Both the position numbers and the translations under genes were made by a program. Shown piece after piece: positions 26,486 to 63,604 of a stretch of DNA of 64,000 nt. Within the stretch, counting starts at the first letter, position 1. Each line of letters opens with the position of its first letter. The notes under the pieces are model-generated. The model was given only the letters and a program-made list of their open reading frames with translations, was not told the DNA's origin and searched no databases. The DNA is from Mytilus edulis (Eukaryota): the NCBI RefSeq assembly GCF_963676685.1, contig NC_092344.1, forward strand, positions 10,478,001-10,542,000, written 5' to 3'.

Positions 26486-27834
26486 ATTGGCGTTTTTCAA
26501 TAAAAGCGTTCCTTTCAGACCTAAAAAAAAATGGAAAATCAACTAGTCTAAAATTTATTTTCAAGAGTTATTTTGAATACCTCTATTATAGAACTGTTTG
26601 TAAACAAAAGTGCAATCTTAAATACTCTTTAAAATGATATTATTTTCATAATTTGTGTACTGTTTCGTAGGGGACAAAAACGAAACTGCTTCTTAACAAA
26701 CATATTTTTGCAATTTTAAATGTTTCCTATAGACATTCCAGTTTGTTTACTTTATATACTAGAAAAATCTCATTTTTTTCTGAATTGGAGAACCATTTTT
26801 TATCGATAAAGATTAGACAGTACTTCACATATGAAGGTACAACTCATTTACGTAGTGGACATTTTGATACGTTTCGTAGTTGACAAAACCGTTTCGTAGT
26901 GGACAAAAAGTTTCGTAGTTGACATCAACCCTATTCTATGTTAATAAAAACATAATAAAAATTACATGAAACTAACCATTGTTATTTGCTTTGCACGAAT
27001 ATAATTAAAAAAAAAGAGTAAAAACAGACTGCATGGTAGTGTTAGTGTCTCCTACGAAACGTTCTCCCAAACTTGTTTCGTAGGTGACCGTTTCGTAGGG
27101 GACATATTCACATGTTTTATTTTTTTTCTCACAACCCCTATATTGCAATAGTAACAAGACTGACTGTATTCATCAAAGCATTATTAAGCTGTACACTGAT
27201 ATTTTTTTCATAATTCTAAAACCAGTTACTGAAGGAGATTTGACCCGTTTCGTAGTGGACATTTACAAAAATACGGTATCACTCTGGTCCATTTGATGTG
27301 CTCAATTTTTCTTACCAACAATTTAATTGCCGTTATAAAAGCATCACTTCTTTTGTAAGACCCTAATGTTTATATTTCTTGCTAACAAAAAATTACATTG
27401 ATTTTATAAAACTGTTTATAAGCAAGTTTTAATGACTTCGTTTCGTAGTTAACATTGTGTTAGGGACACACCTTCTGAAATAAAAAATCCTATGTTAAAA
27501 GCTGTTTATTTAAATATGTTGGCTCTAAACATACTTTTGAATTATTAAAGAACTTATATTAAGTAAAATTAATATTTATTTCTACATTTTTTTACGATAT
27601 TTTAGAGTATGAATGTTGAAAAGGCGATCTAGGGACATGCCATTTTGTTGTTTTGGACCATTCAGGAATCAATATCTTATCAATCCCTCTAAAAAATAAA
27701 CTGTTTCTTTGCTTAAAAATGTTATATATAATTCAATGTACTGACTGCACAAAAAATTACTTGCAAAGATCAAACATATTTTTTTTTAAAGTGGCTGGGA
27801 CAAGAAAGTACGTTTTTATTGAAAAACGCCCATA
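26486..27834. mobile_element. 1.35-kb non-autonomous TIR element with an internal reiterated motif
   Basis: TIRs ggcgtttttcaataaaagcg (26489-26508) / cgtttttattgaaaaacgcc (27811-27830). About 8 dispersed tttcgtag(t/g)(t/g)gac motifs inside. Confidence 0.7.
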
Positions 27835-29093
27835 TATCAGTTGATACGAAGTGTATGCTTTATGGATTTCCTTAATGAAGGCTTCATTGTTGCTAACATG
27901 ACCGATACTGAACAATTGATGTTTTTTTTTTTGGTTTAATTTTGTTTTCGCTTAAATTGAATCAATTTATCTTACCATTATTGAAAATACATGCAGGTGC
28001 TGTTTGGTATGGTCAACAATTTGCATATCCCTCTAATTTTGTCCCTCTGGATCGGGTAAAAAAAACCTGATGTTATTAGTATGCAAGCCACTCATATATA
28101 CAACGTTGTAAACAGGCTTAAATGAATGTCAATTGCCCTGGTCAGAGATTGCGTCACCACAAATTAACTAAAATTTACTAAATTCTTTCATAGACGGAAA
28201 GATTTCGCTAGAAAGTTTGGCTGTTCCTAAAGAATTCTTATTTAAACAGAATATCACATCCAAATTCTTACGATGTTAACTCATTCATCCCTTTAAATAA
28301 ACACACCAACCCTTCTCGAGCTAAAACATTTATAGACACACCATCGAATTACACCTTATACAAGCTCAACAAGGAAGTGCCTGTAAAAAACTTTATCGTT
28401 TAAGCATTTGCTCGAGATTTAATGGTTTACCAGATGTAGTTACCAGATCTTCAGAATCCAAAGTCCATATTACGTTTGGTTAGAATATTTTTTTTTCCAT
28501 TTTCGTAATATTTAAAATCTGTCAAGATATGAAATGGTAATCGTGTTTAGTAATCTTAAAGTCATTTGGACACATGTAAAATACACGTACTCAAAACTTC
28601 AAGTCTGTCAAAATTGTACAAAATATATGAAATGGTAGTCCTATTGGGTAATCTTTAAATCATTTGGACATTTGTATATCTTGTTTACTACACGTAATCA
28701 AAACATAAATTCTGTCAAAATTGCATAGGCCATTGAATTCAAATTAGGTCGATTTTGTAAAAATAGATTTAAAATGAATTAAAAGGAAATAATACAGCAA
28801 GACATATAATTTCTGTTAACGACCTGTGCATATAAATAAGCGGTCACTTTGCATCCAGAATAGCGCTTTGGACGCAAGAAATTATTAAACGTGTTGTTTT
28901 CAACTTTTTGCATCACCACACTGCAGTGGTCTTTTAGAACTAGTTACATGATATTATAATAAACTTATCATCAATGACAGAGACATTATTTGCAAACATT
29001 TGTTTTTATTACTTCCTGTTTATTTCAAGAAAAGAACATACACATACACATCGGGTTCGTTGACTATACGGGTCGATAACTTCATTTCATAAC

Positions 29094-30476
29094 ATGAATT
29101 TAAAAATGGCTGCTCTATATCTGTTCCTGCTATTTTATTGCACTTTATTAACGTTCGGCCAGAGATATCAACCAACCTGGGACTCCCTAGAAAGCCGACC
29201 CCTTCCGGACTGGTACGACGAAGCAAAGCTTGGCATATTTATGCACTGGGGAGTTTTCTCTGTTCCTAGTTACAATGCAGTATGGTTCTGGAATAATTGG
29301 AAAAATGGAAACCGAGACATTGTCAATTTTATGAAGCGCAACTATCGCCCTGATTTTACATATGCCGACTTTGCAGCAGACTTCAAAGCAGAATTTTATG
29401 ATCCTAAAAGATGGGCTGCAATACTAGAAGCCTCTGGTGCTAAATATGTTGTTTTGGTTTCAAAACATCACGAAGGATTTACCAATTGGCCGTCTAATTA
29501 TTCTTGGAACTGGAATTCTTATGACGTTGGTCCACACAGGGACCTGGTGGGGGAACTTGCTGATGCTATTCGCAATACAACAAATCTGCGATTTGGACTG
29601 TATCATTCTCTGTTTGAATGGTACAACCCACTATATCTTAGAGACAAAGCAAACAATTTTACAACACAAGATTTTGTGAAATTTAAATCGATGCCTGAAT
29701 TATATGAGCTTGTGAATAGATATAAACCCGAAGTAGTTTGGTCGGACGGAGCATGGGAAGCACCGGACACCTATTGGACGTCAAAGGAATTCTTAGCTTG
29801 GCTGTACAATGACAGCCCAGTAAAGGACACGGTTGTCACTAATGACCGCTGGGGCAAAGGCGACATATGTCATCATGGTGGATACTTCACGTGCACTGAT
29901 AAATACCTTCCTACAACTCTTCAGAAAAGAAAGTTCGAAAATGCAATGACAATAGACAAAAACCATTGGGGCTTCCGACGAAATGCACGGATAGAGGACT
30001 TTTTTTCAGCACGAGAACTAATTGCAACATTCGCACAAACTGTAAGCTGTGGAGGTAATATGCTTATGAACGTTGGACCAACTAGTTATGGAACTATACA
30101 ACCAGTTTATGAAGAAAGACTTCTACAGTTTGGAAAATGGATGAGAATAAATGGCGAAGCTATTTATAGTTCAAAACCGTGGACAGTTCAACAAGACAAT
30201 GCCACTAGGACATGTTGGTATACAATGAAAAAGACTGAAACAGCAACAAATGTTTATGCAATCGTATTGGATTGGTCAGATACAAATTATTTGTATTTGA
30301 ATGCACCTATCACTAGTAGCAGCACATTGATAACAATGTTAGGGTTTCAAGATTATAACTTTAGTTATTCAAAAGTGCAACCGTCTGGTGTAAATATAAC
30401 ATTGCCAAATATATCTTTTTCGAAGATACCAAGCACTGATGCTTGGGTTTTTAAGATGACTGATATATCGAATTAG
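29094..30476 (+). CDS. FUCA: Alpha-L-fucosidase (GH29, FUCA1/FUCA2-like), single exon, with signal peptide
   Basis: 460-aa ORF with [35 protein letters not shown] (catalytic nucleophile Asp), VVTNDRWG and [13 protein letters not shown]. Hydrophobic N-terminus. The ATG at 29106 (aaaATGg) has better context. attaaa at ~30610. Confidence 0.95.
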   Translation: MNLKMAALYLFLLFYCTLLTFGQRYQPTWDSLESRPLPDWYDEAKLGIFMHWGVFSVPSYNAVWFWNNWKNGNRDIVNFMKRNYRPDFTYADFAADFKAEFYDPKRWAAILEASGAKYVVLVSKHHEGFTNWPSNYSWNWNSYDVGPHRDLVGELADAIRNTTNLRFGLYHSLFEWYNPLYLRDKANNFTTQDFVKFKSMPELYELVNRYKPEVVWSDGAWEAPDTYWTSKEFLAWLYNDSPVKDTVVTNDRWGKGDICHHGGYFTCTDKYLPTTLQKRKFENAMTIDKNHWGFRRNARIEDFFSARELIATFAQTVSCGGNMLMNVGPTSYGTIQPVYEERLLQFGKWMRINGEAIYSSKPWTVQQDNATRTCWYTMKKTETATNVYAIVLDWSDTNYLYLNAPITSSSTLITMLGFQDYNFSYSKVQPSGVNITLPNISFSKIPSTDAWVFKMTDISN

Positions 30477-33400
30477 AACGGTCAATATGATTGAAATATC
30501 AATAATACTCATGTTCGAATCATATATATCATATGAGTAAATTATGCAATTGACGCTTTCCTGTCAGAAAAAAACTGATACTATGATGTTATAACAAAAT
30601 ATTTGTTTAATTAAAAAATGTTATTTTGAACCATTTCCATACAGATTTTTGTGCTATGCTTGAAGTGGATCTCACTTGTTTTATTTTCTTTTTTACATGA
30701 GATTGATTGTTTGGTTATATTGTGTAAGAAGAGGTCACGGTACGGGATAACCAACTAAAGAACTAGAGTAGTGTAAAATGAATCAATTGTTGTTTGAACA
30801 TGTATAAATTCTTTAACATTTTCACTGTATACGTAAATAATTATGAAATTATTAAGGTGTTTATTGCAAACGTGCCTTACATATATGTGTATGAATTCAT
30901 TGATATATTTTTTTTATCATGTTATTAATTATAATATTGTTTTTATATTACTAATAAACTGTCACAAATACGTTGATAATATTTGAATTATCTGTATATT
31001 ATCTATTCAGCCTGTATTACTCATCCGGACATGTTGTTAATTTCTGAGTCATTTGGTCTCATGTGGAGAGGAGTCTCATTGGCAGTCATACCACATCTTC
31101 TTTTTTTATATATCTGTCATATTTGGTTTTCAATTATTGTTTTGTTATATAACTTAAGCCGTTGTTTTATTCGTTTGTCATTTTGTCATGTCAGTGTCTT
31201 TTACAGCTGAACACACGGTATGAACTTTAACTATTAACGAAAGTCATACGATGACTTGTAGTTGCTTATAGTAACGTCATTTGGTTCATTCAGATATTTA
31301 TTTGATTGGCAATCATACCATATCTTCTAAATTTATATTCTATTTCATTTGCATTTTTTAACACACCTACTTGTATGGACTGCCATTTATGAATTATGCT
31401 TCGTCAGCAGATATTTCAGTGTTAGCCTTCGTACGATTTCATTCTAAATTCGTATATATAACTTTGTGTTTAATTGATTGTTTTGCTTGCTTAAAGCATA
31501 TTGCAAATGTTTAATGCGATTCCAGGATGAGAAACAATAGAAAATATAAATAAAAAGTTCTGGAAAATGACCATAGAGAGATGACGGGCAGACATTTGAA
31601 CAGTATGTCACTTGTGAATGATAATATTATGGTTAGGACAGACATCTTCCTTTAGAACAATTCACTTATGGTCATTACATGTCATAATGGTTAAGATCAT
31701 GTATTGTAATGACAGTTACTTAATGCGACTTATAATTGAATATTATATGTTATTTGCAACACGACAGACATGTTCTACTAGTGGAACAGTACCTATTCAC
31801 CCATAGATCTCGTACACACCTATTTTACTTTAACTTCATTAACATGACATGTGTCTCTAGTTAAACAATGTTTGTGTCCGCTACCCGTAGATCGATGTCC
31901 TTTAGAACTGATAACTTAATCGTGAAGTAAAGATTATAAAGCAATAATTCTATGATAAAAGTCACCATCTTAACATTCAAAATCACACATATGTGCCAAC
32001 ATGGCCCTACAGAACATGAATTCTAAGATACACTGAAAACAAATCCCTGCGAATATAGATGAGTTTCTTCTTTGAGTTTTTTACAACCACTGGGTCGATA
32101 CCACTGATGATGGACGTTTCAGTCTCCCAGTGTAACACCAGCCCAGTAGCCAGTTGTTAAGTGTTGACAATAAATAGCTTAGGGTTTGTCGTTTTTTATT
32201 ATCACCGTCTCTTTAACATAGTATTTTATTTGACCTACCAACTGTTTTGATTGTCGCATCACTGCTGGGTGCTGTGCAGACGACGAAATAGGCGTCTGGT
32301 ATATCAAATTATAATCATAGTATCTTTGAAGAGTATTTCATAACATCAAAACTAACCCGCTCTAAAACAAGCCTGCAATGCAAAAACAACAAAATCAGGA
32401 AAATGTTTAAAAAGAAAACAAGGGTGTACCATTAAGAAAAGAGAGCCAAAACAGAAGAATGCAAACGATAATTCAGGAATTATTGAAGGGTCTACATAAA
32501 TACTTTATTTTTGGAAGGACTAAAAAAATATGAACAACAAATACTAAACTCCAGTATAAATTAAAACAGGAGAGGTCCATATAAACAGGAAAAATCAAAC
32601 ATTAGACTTCATAAGTGAACAGACATAATGTATACCAACTACCATATTTCCTTGATACAACAACAACCCAATTCCCTTCTGGAAATATGTACAATTCCGA
32701 AAAAAAAACAGATTAAATAGGTACGTTACCTTTGAAAAGCAAACACCGTAAAGTAAACGACAGGAAAAGAATTGCAAAATCACTGCTAGAATTAAAATCA
32801 GCATTTACCAGAGAAGAAAACCAAAATCAGCCAACACAAAATAGCGTTAGATCCACATACCAAATAAAATCCCAAGGGTGTGCTATAAACATCGATATAT
32901 CAAAGTCCATAAACACTGCTAATGCAGTTACTGACTAATCGCTTACATTTCAAGAGTATTTAAGAAAGGAAATAAATATACGACAGAAAACTACAGAACA
33001 AATATCATTAACCTATGTTAATGCAGTATTTTACAAACCGTAATTAACGACTTCAATGTCTACTGCATGGAAAATGTTTTTTTAGTAACATGTTTATTTT
33101 ATTTCGAGGTTCCTACAAAACAAGATTTAACACGGTTGGTAGAAATTATATAACACATATATGTAATAACCTGCTAAATCACAAGAAAAGCAGAAAGTGA
33201 CAATATCAATATATATATATATATAGTTAGGTCCGACCATTTACGTGAAATCCAAATTAAACTGCATGACTTAATAATTCATGAATCATTCTGGAACACA
33301 AAACTGAAGTCGCAATCCTCTACTCTCAAAAGCACTCTACACTGTGTCACACAATCAACTAACCGAATAAATAGTTCAAATTTACTAACACCAACGAAAA

Positions 33401-33974
33401 TTGAATTCTTTATTGATGGCGGCAATGAATGAGATGCTTCGGTCGACTCGAGAGAAACACAAGGATTTGAACTCGGTCTTCTTCCTCTGTCAGATCACAC
33501 CTACGACCTACCAGATGCAGTTAAATCAATTACAAGAACTTAGGCTGTTGATTGTCTGTAATACTAGTATACAATACGACCAAATCACAACGTGACTACT
33601 AAATATTTCAACATCTCAAATGGTATTGAGAAATTAAACTCAACACTCGGCCCTCAGACGTTACAAACGAATCTGATTTAAAGATTGCATGGAAACATCT
33701 TATATATTATATTTCTAGAATGTAATATATGGGAATAGTATACTTTAGGATATATATACACACCAAACGATATAAACCAACATAAAATGATCCAAGATTT
33801 ATCACAAGGGACAACAAAGCAAGCAGAGGGATTGGTCACAAAAATGTTAGACATAGTTAAATCAGATGACCAGATGTCCAGAAGAACAAGCCAGCGACAG
33901 GTAAGACTGTACACGGTGGTCGAGGGTTTGACTTGATCTATACACACTGAGTTTCTTGTCAAACGTAAACTTGT

Positions 33975-34165
33975 GATACTTGATTGACAACATATTAGTT
34001 TCGTTCGGAGAACTTATTCAAGAAACAATCGTCATCCCCATGTAAACAGACTGTGCTCTATGTCCTCGTGGACTTGTTCCTTTATTCATGCGATGCACTC
34101 TTCATACAGAAGCTTTTAGAAAGAATGAAAAGAAGCTAGCATTATCCTGTAACTTCCACTTTATA
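33975..34165 (+). mobile_element. Decayed RT fragment (Penelope-like/non-LTR)
   Basis: LIDNILVSFG..QETIVIPM*TDCA..VDLF...FIQKLL..NEKKLALS.NF. Confidence 0.65.
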
Positions 34166-36287
34166 GTTGGGTGATGATATGGTTGTCCCTCTAAAAATGG
34201 TAATCAGATTCCGATCTTAAATTGATTATTTTGACCCCCAATCCCCCCAAAAAGATTTTTCTTATAAAAGACTGTATATCACAGCGGCAGTTATGTTCTG
34301 CCTAGGAATGACTGTTCACAAATTAAAGTGATATTGGCAGTCTTTTAAAACGTCAATTGTCTGTATTTGCTCAAGTAACTGTAGTAGTAATATGCGTGTC
34401 TCAGCAGTATCTTAGAGTTAATGGTAGTCTGATTAGCATGTTTGTCATAAACTATGGTTGCAGTCTTAAATCTGGGGGGGTTCGTAGTCCAATCATTGAC
34501 ACAATTGTAGAACAGAATGGCTCCCAAGAGCTGGATCACTATAATTCATCAATGTAAAACAAAGTTGTGAAAAGACATCAAATGACAAAAAAAACTTAAT
34601 GAGCGGCTAAAGATACCAGAGGGACATTCAAACTCATACATCGAAAAAAACCAAACCAAAAAAACCCAACACCATTTTAAGTTATGACAAATTACACCTC
34701 TGACTAGTTTCCCAACTTGAACAGATTGTGGGGCCAACTTATCAAGATTTGACAGCCAATTAGTAATTCATATGACTATAAAATTACTGCCAATATAAAT
34801 ATAGGAAGATGTGGCGTGAGTGCCAATGAGACAACTCTCCATCCAAATAACAATTTATAAAAGTAAACCATTATAGGTCAATATACGGCCTTCAACACAG
34901 ATCCTTGTGTAAATGCATTTCTATCAGATTACTGGTAATAACAAGAAATATTTGGTCTTCCTTTTTATTAAAGGTTCCCCACTTGGAAATGAGTTACAAA
35001 ATGTTCAACACTCATGCACAACTTTCAAATTACTGACTATGATATAATGTTATTTACAACCATACCATTTAATTTGAAATTAATGCCATATCAATAAAAA
35101 AATAATAACAAACAGAAATTAAAAGCGTATTCTTATGATGATACTTAAATTAATATAATTTAAAGAGCCAATGTTATAACAGCAAATTAAGCAACACCAA
35201 AATCATTAAATACATAGTTATCATACAATAGATACACCAAATTCATCAGTGAAATTATACACAATACAAATATGCCAACATTAACAATTAAAAGTAGTAA
35301 ACTTGTGTGTAAAATACAAATTACTTTAGATACACCTAAATGCCTTAAAGAATTGCAAGAAAGAGAGGAGGTAAGATCCTTATTCCTTAGTATATTTGTA
35401 TATTACTATAGAACTGTATGAAAATGTTAGGTGTTCATATTTGGGATTAATGAAAGATAAATGAGTTATAAACATGGCTAAACTATTTTTGCCACTAATT
35501 AATTGGGAAATAAACAGTACCTTTGAAGTTAGTTGGGGCTTTCCATTTGAAATTCACCTTAAAGTTTGGTATTTTTCATTATATCAAATTTTCAATAATC
35601 AAATACTTCACTATTAAAAATCCCTGAAGAGCTTGAACCTAGTAGCATGAATAATTAATAGATCAGGTGAAAAAGGTATTTTCAGATCATAATTTTTTTA
35701 CTAAATGAGAAATTCTTCCTTCATTTAAACTACAAACTTCTCTACAGACTTAACTAATTGTGTAACAACTCAAAACTAACACAAGACTAACAGATGGTGA
35801 ATCAGAATTTAAGGGAAGACAATCCATGGGAATGGTCTCTTGTTATAACAGTGGAATTGAGCTTACGCGATTATTTACCTACAATAAATCTCTACTAACA
35901 TACACATACACATACACATGTGTCTGCATGGAACCCATAAGCTCTGATTAAGGCTTTTAAACATATATATGAAAGCAATTAGCTGATTAAAATAACAAAA
36001 ATATACTTTTATGTATAAATAAAGTTGTCAAAGATAGAAATAAACCTTATATAACAAATAAATATAATTAAATATGTACAATTTCAATTCTATTTACATT
36101 TATTATGACAAACAAGTTTAAGGTGGGATAGTTATTTAACTACAATTTTTTTGCATAGCACACTTATTGAAGTCAAAATAAAAATTAACATTGTATGCTA
36201 TAGCCTAATTATCTACAATCTAAGATATCTAGTGGGCAGCTATATGGCAAATTTATGTTTTTACTTATTTAAGGTCTGTGTTCTTTA

Positions 36288-38102
36288 AACAAGAGGCTCT
36301 CAAGAGCCTGAATCGCTCACCTGAATTTTTTTGGTTTAATCTCTCATCAATGATTATTTTGGCTTTTCAATTTATTTAAATGTTCTTTGAATCGTCCTAT
36401 TTTCTTCAAAAGCAAAAAAAAATCATTTTCTCCTATGTTCTATTTTAGCCATAGGAGCTATGTTTCTTGACATACAAGGAAATGAAATATAAAATTTATA
36501 CTAGATACTCTGAAACTCTGAAACTCATTTAGCATAAGTTTTGCTGAAATTGATACAGCAGTTTCATAAGAGAAGATTTTTTAAAGTAAGTCAACATGGT
36601 GAACAAATTGTGAAAAAAGTCTTTAAAGGGCAATAACTCCTAAAGAGGTCAATTGACAATTTTGGTCAAATTGACTTATTTGTAGATCTTACTTTGCTGA
36701 TCATATTTGCTGTTTACAGTTTATCTTTATCTATAATAATATTCAAGATAATGAATAAAAAATTGCAAAATTTCCTTAAAATTACCAATTAAGTGGCAGC
36801 AACCCAACAATTGGATGTTTGATTCATCTGAAAATTTCAGGGCTGATAGATATTGACCTAATGAACATTTTTACTCCATGTCAGATTTGCTCTTAATGCT
36901 TTCGTTTTTGAGATATAAGCCAAAAACTGCATTTGACCCCTATGTTCTATTTTAAGTAACGGCGGCCATGTTTTTTGACGGATCAAAAATCAAAGCACAC
37001 ACTTTGTGCAGGATAATCTAAGGAACAACCATGCTAAGTTTTAACCAAATCCATTCAGTAGTTTCAGAGGAGAAGATTTTTTAAAGTTAGCAAATATGAT
37101 GAACAAATTGTGAAAAATTGTCATTAAAGGACAATAACCCCTTAAGGGGTCAATTGACAATTTTGGTCAAATTAACTTATTTGTAGATCTTACTTTGCTG
37201 ATCTTTTTTGCTGTTTACAGTTTATCTTTATCTATAATAATATTCAAGATAATGACCAAAAACTGCAAAATTTCCTTAAAATTACCAATTAAGTGGCAGC
37301 AACCCAACAATGGTTTGTTTGATTCATCTGAAAATTTCAGGGCTGATAGATCTTGACCTAATGAACATTTTTACTCCATGTCAGATTTGCTCTAAATGCT
37401 TTCGTTTTTGAGATATAAGCCAAAAACTGCCCTTGACCCCTATGTTCTATTTTAAGTAACGGCGGCCATGTTTTTTGACGGATCAAAAATCAAAGCACAC
37501 ACTTTGTGCAGGATAATCTAAGGAACAATCATGCTAAGTTTTAACCAAATCCATTCAGTAGTTTCAGAGGAGAAGATTTTTTAAAGTTAGCAAATATGAT
37601 GAACAAATTGTGAAAAATTGTCATTAAAGGACAATAACCCCTTAAGGGGTCAATTGACAATTTTGGTCATATTAACTTATTTGTAGATCTTACTTTGCTG
37701 ATCTTTTTTGCTGTTTACAGTTTATCTTTATCTATAATAATATTCAAGATAATGACCAAAAACTGCAAAATTTCCTTAAAATTACCAATTAAGTGGCAGC
37801 AACCCAACAATGGTTTGTTTGATTCATCTGAAAATTTCAGGGCTGATAGATCTTGACCTAATGAACATTTTTACCCCATGTCAGATTTGCTCTAAATGCT
37901 TTCGTTTTTGAGATATAAGCCAAAAACTGCATTTGACCCCTATGTTCTATTTTAAGTAACGGCGGCCATGTTTTTTGACGTATCAAAAATTGAAGCGCAC
38001 ATTTTGTGCAGGATATACTAAGGAACAATCATGTTAAGTTTTAACCAAATCCATTCAGTAGTTTCAGAGGAGAAGATGTTTGAAAAATTGTTAACGACGA
38101 CA

Positions 38103-38133
<31 letters not shown>

Positions 38134-38197
38134 TCGACGACGACGGACGCCAAGTGATGAGAAAAGCTCACATGGCCTTTTAGGCCAGGTGAGCTAA
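36288..38197. mobile_element. Helentron/HINE-like element carrying three 500-bp tandem units
   Basis: Starts aacaagaggctctcaagagcct (hairpin). Subterminal inverted repeat gctcacctg / caggtgagc. ttaaagt.ag at 36581, 37081 and 37581; ggcggccatg at 36961, 37461 and 37961. (GAC)n at ~38095-38148. Confidence 0.85.
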
Positions 38198-40149
38198 TGA
38201 AGAGACTACAATTTGATAAGTTCTTCAAAACAATACATATAACAACTAAAATTAGAATAATGTTGACCTTTCAATTCAACTGAATAGAAATCAGGAATAA
38301 TTGATTTCCTATAATGGATTCTAAATTTATATGCTGATAACCACTAATGTATTTCCACATTTTGTATAATAAATGAAATGATTGTGAATTGTATGTTCAG
38401 ACAATATTTTGATCCCAATGTAAAACCAATCTGATATTAACCAAGCACTAAGAGTCAATATATGCAATTGCATAAAAGAAATACTTTTAATTTTAAACAA
38501 AGGTCTATACTTTAAAAAGTTGTTTGTGTCCCTGATCTTGAATCTGTGAAGGGTCTTTACAGATATTTTTTGTGACTTCCAAGTTAAAATTGATAATAAA
38601 AATACATATCAAAACTGCATAATCTATGAATGTATGACCAACTCCTTAGGATACATGTAGCATATAGCAACCTTATAAGTCTTTCTTAAGATAAGGTTTT
38701 AGCAAAAAAGCATGCAACTGCCCTTCCTAGCACTGCAATATGCATTCAAGCATTGATGACGTAAAATAAATTCTAAATCATGACAAATTTAACAGGAATA
38801 GGAATTATTTTGACATCTGCAAGTGCAAGAACAGTGTTTCTTATTATTCAGCAGATACATTTTTCATATGGCACTAAACATATTGTCCTAAAAAATAAAA
38901 AAAATATTGGTACTGTTTGATAAAATTGTTAAAAAGATTAGAGGACCTTTTTCAAAATTGCATCTAGAATTAAAATAATAGTATGTCATATTCACTTTTG
39001 CTAAATGGCAATTGCTGAAATAAATATTTGAGTTAACTGCACCTTTAACACAGCTGCAGAATAATTAGGAACATTACTTGAAACATTTAATTTTCATTTT
39101 TTTCCAATCTATATAAATTAAGGAAAGCTCTCTGCAATATACACATGTAGGACTGATTAAGGAATAGCCATTTAATTTTATAAAAACCTTTAAAACTTAC
39201 ATGGATAGTTTCTCCCAAAGAAAACAAAAAACATGTAATATTAAATAAATAAAATCCATCAGGAATGGCATTATCAGCTTTCAGAATCTTCCTTACTTAA
39301 AATAACTGTGTTATAAAAGTACTTTGGTTAGCAATCAGAATATACTGTTTCCCTGGGATAAAATAAACAACGCCACCTGGTTAAGGGGAATAATATCATT
39401 GTGCCAAAATAACTGTAGCATTACACAATAGATAAGAACAAATATTGCACTAGAAGCATCAATAAGTTTTATTACAATGTTCAACCTGTAGATACATACC
39501 TTTGAAATGCACAATGGAACAAATCTTAAAATGTTTGATCATGTCATTCACTACATATAGATATAACAAACAGCATTTACACATACACATAAAAACATGC
39601 ACATATTTATAAAACATTTATGGAATGTTTGGTTTATACACTCTTACATTTTGTTTTTAAAAATGTGAATATTTTTCTAAATTTTTCCTAGGCGATTAAA
39701 AGAATTCTTTCAAAAACTGCTATGGTTTATTTATTTGTTAGTCTGTTATTAAAAAAAATGTCACAGGTTTATTAAGAATTGACTTCATTAATTTTCAAAA
39801 TAAGATTTACTCTCGACTTTCCATACAACTTTTAACAATGAATTTAAAAATTATGTGATACCATTTTCCTACAGAGATTAAAAACTCTTTAATCTTGTGA
39901 AATCAGTGGCTTAGTGTTTTTCAGTTAATGCTAAAGATCTTTTTCTATATACAAAACCCTGATAAAAATACCCCTCCTTGTGATGTTAATTGGTGCTGAT
40001 ATTTTTCCTTTCAACCAACAGTTTGTTTATCTTTTAATTTTGCCTAAACAAGTGAGAAAATGTGCAATTTTAGAAGCTATTAAGGAGACAAAAGTTTATA
40101 TAAGTACTAGGTACTTGCTTCTGAATCCTATTTGTCACTTTGTTTATTT

Positions 40150-40295
40150 ATATTGTATAAGATGTAATTTAAATTGTATACAGTGTAATTTATATTGTAT
40201 ACAATGTAATTTATATTTTATACAATGTAATTTATATTGTATACAATGTAATTTATATTGTATACAATGTAACTTATATTGTTTAAGATGTATTG
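40150..40295. repeat. 21-bp minisatellite downstream of the ARFGEF stop (probable 3' UTR)
   Basis: About 6 copies of atacaatgtaatttatattgt. Confidence 0.85.
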
Positions 40296-40617
40296 TTGAC
40301 ATTTCATAATAAATATTGTTTACGCTAAGCCTTTGACTATAAAATGCATTTTATTGGTTCCAAGTTTACAACAGACTTAAACAACAAAAATGCATTTTAT
40401 TGGTTCCAAGTTTACAACAGACTTAAACAACATTAGTACAATCACATTCACAAACAAGATACTTGTATACGACTCTCTCCTCTCGTCAATTCTTAATCAT
40501 TTAATGTTTACAGAAATGAATGAAGCGATCACATTGACAGAAATATACATATATCCTCTACACGATAAATATCACATGATTTTAATATCACAACAGGTTG
40601 ATAAAATTTATGTTTCA

Positions 40618-63604
<22,987 letters not shown>

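Noticed and set aside
26860-27460. CRISPR-like spaced repeats (tttcgtagtggac)
   Set aside because: Eukaryotic DNA, irregular spacing, short motif, inside a TIR element, no cas genes.
29094-30476. Bacterial horizontal transfer as the origin of the intronless fucosidase
   Set aside because: The motifs, signal peptide and sequons match animal lysosomal/plasma FUCA; retroposition is simpler.
39980-40309. 109-aa ORF with CNLYCIQ repeats
   Set aside because: It is a translation of a 21-bp minisatellite antisense to the ARFGEF 3' region, with no real start context.
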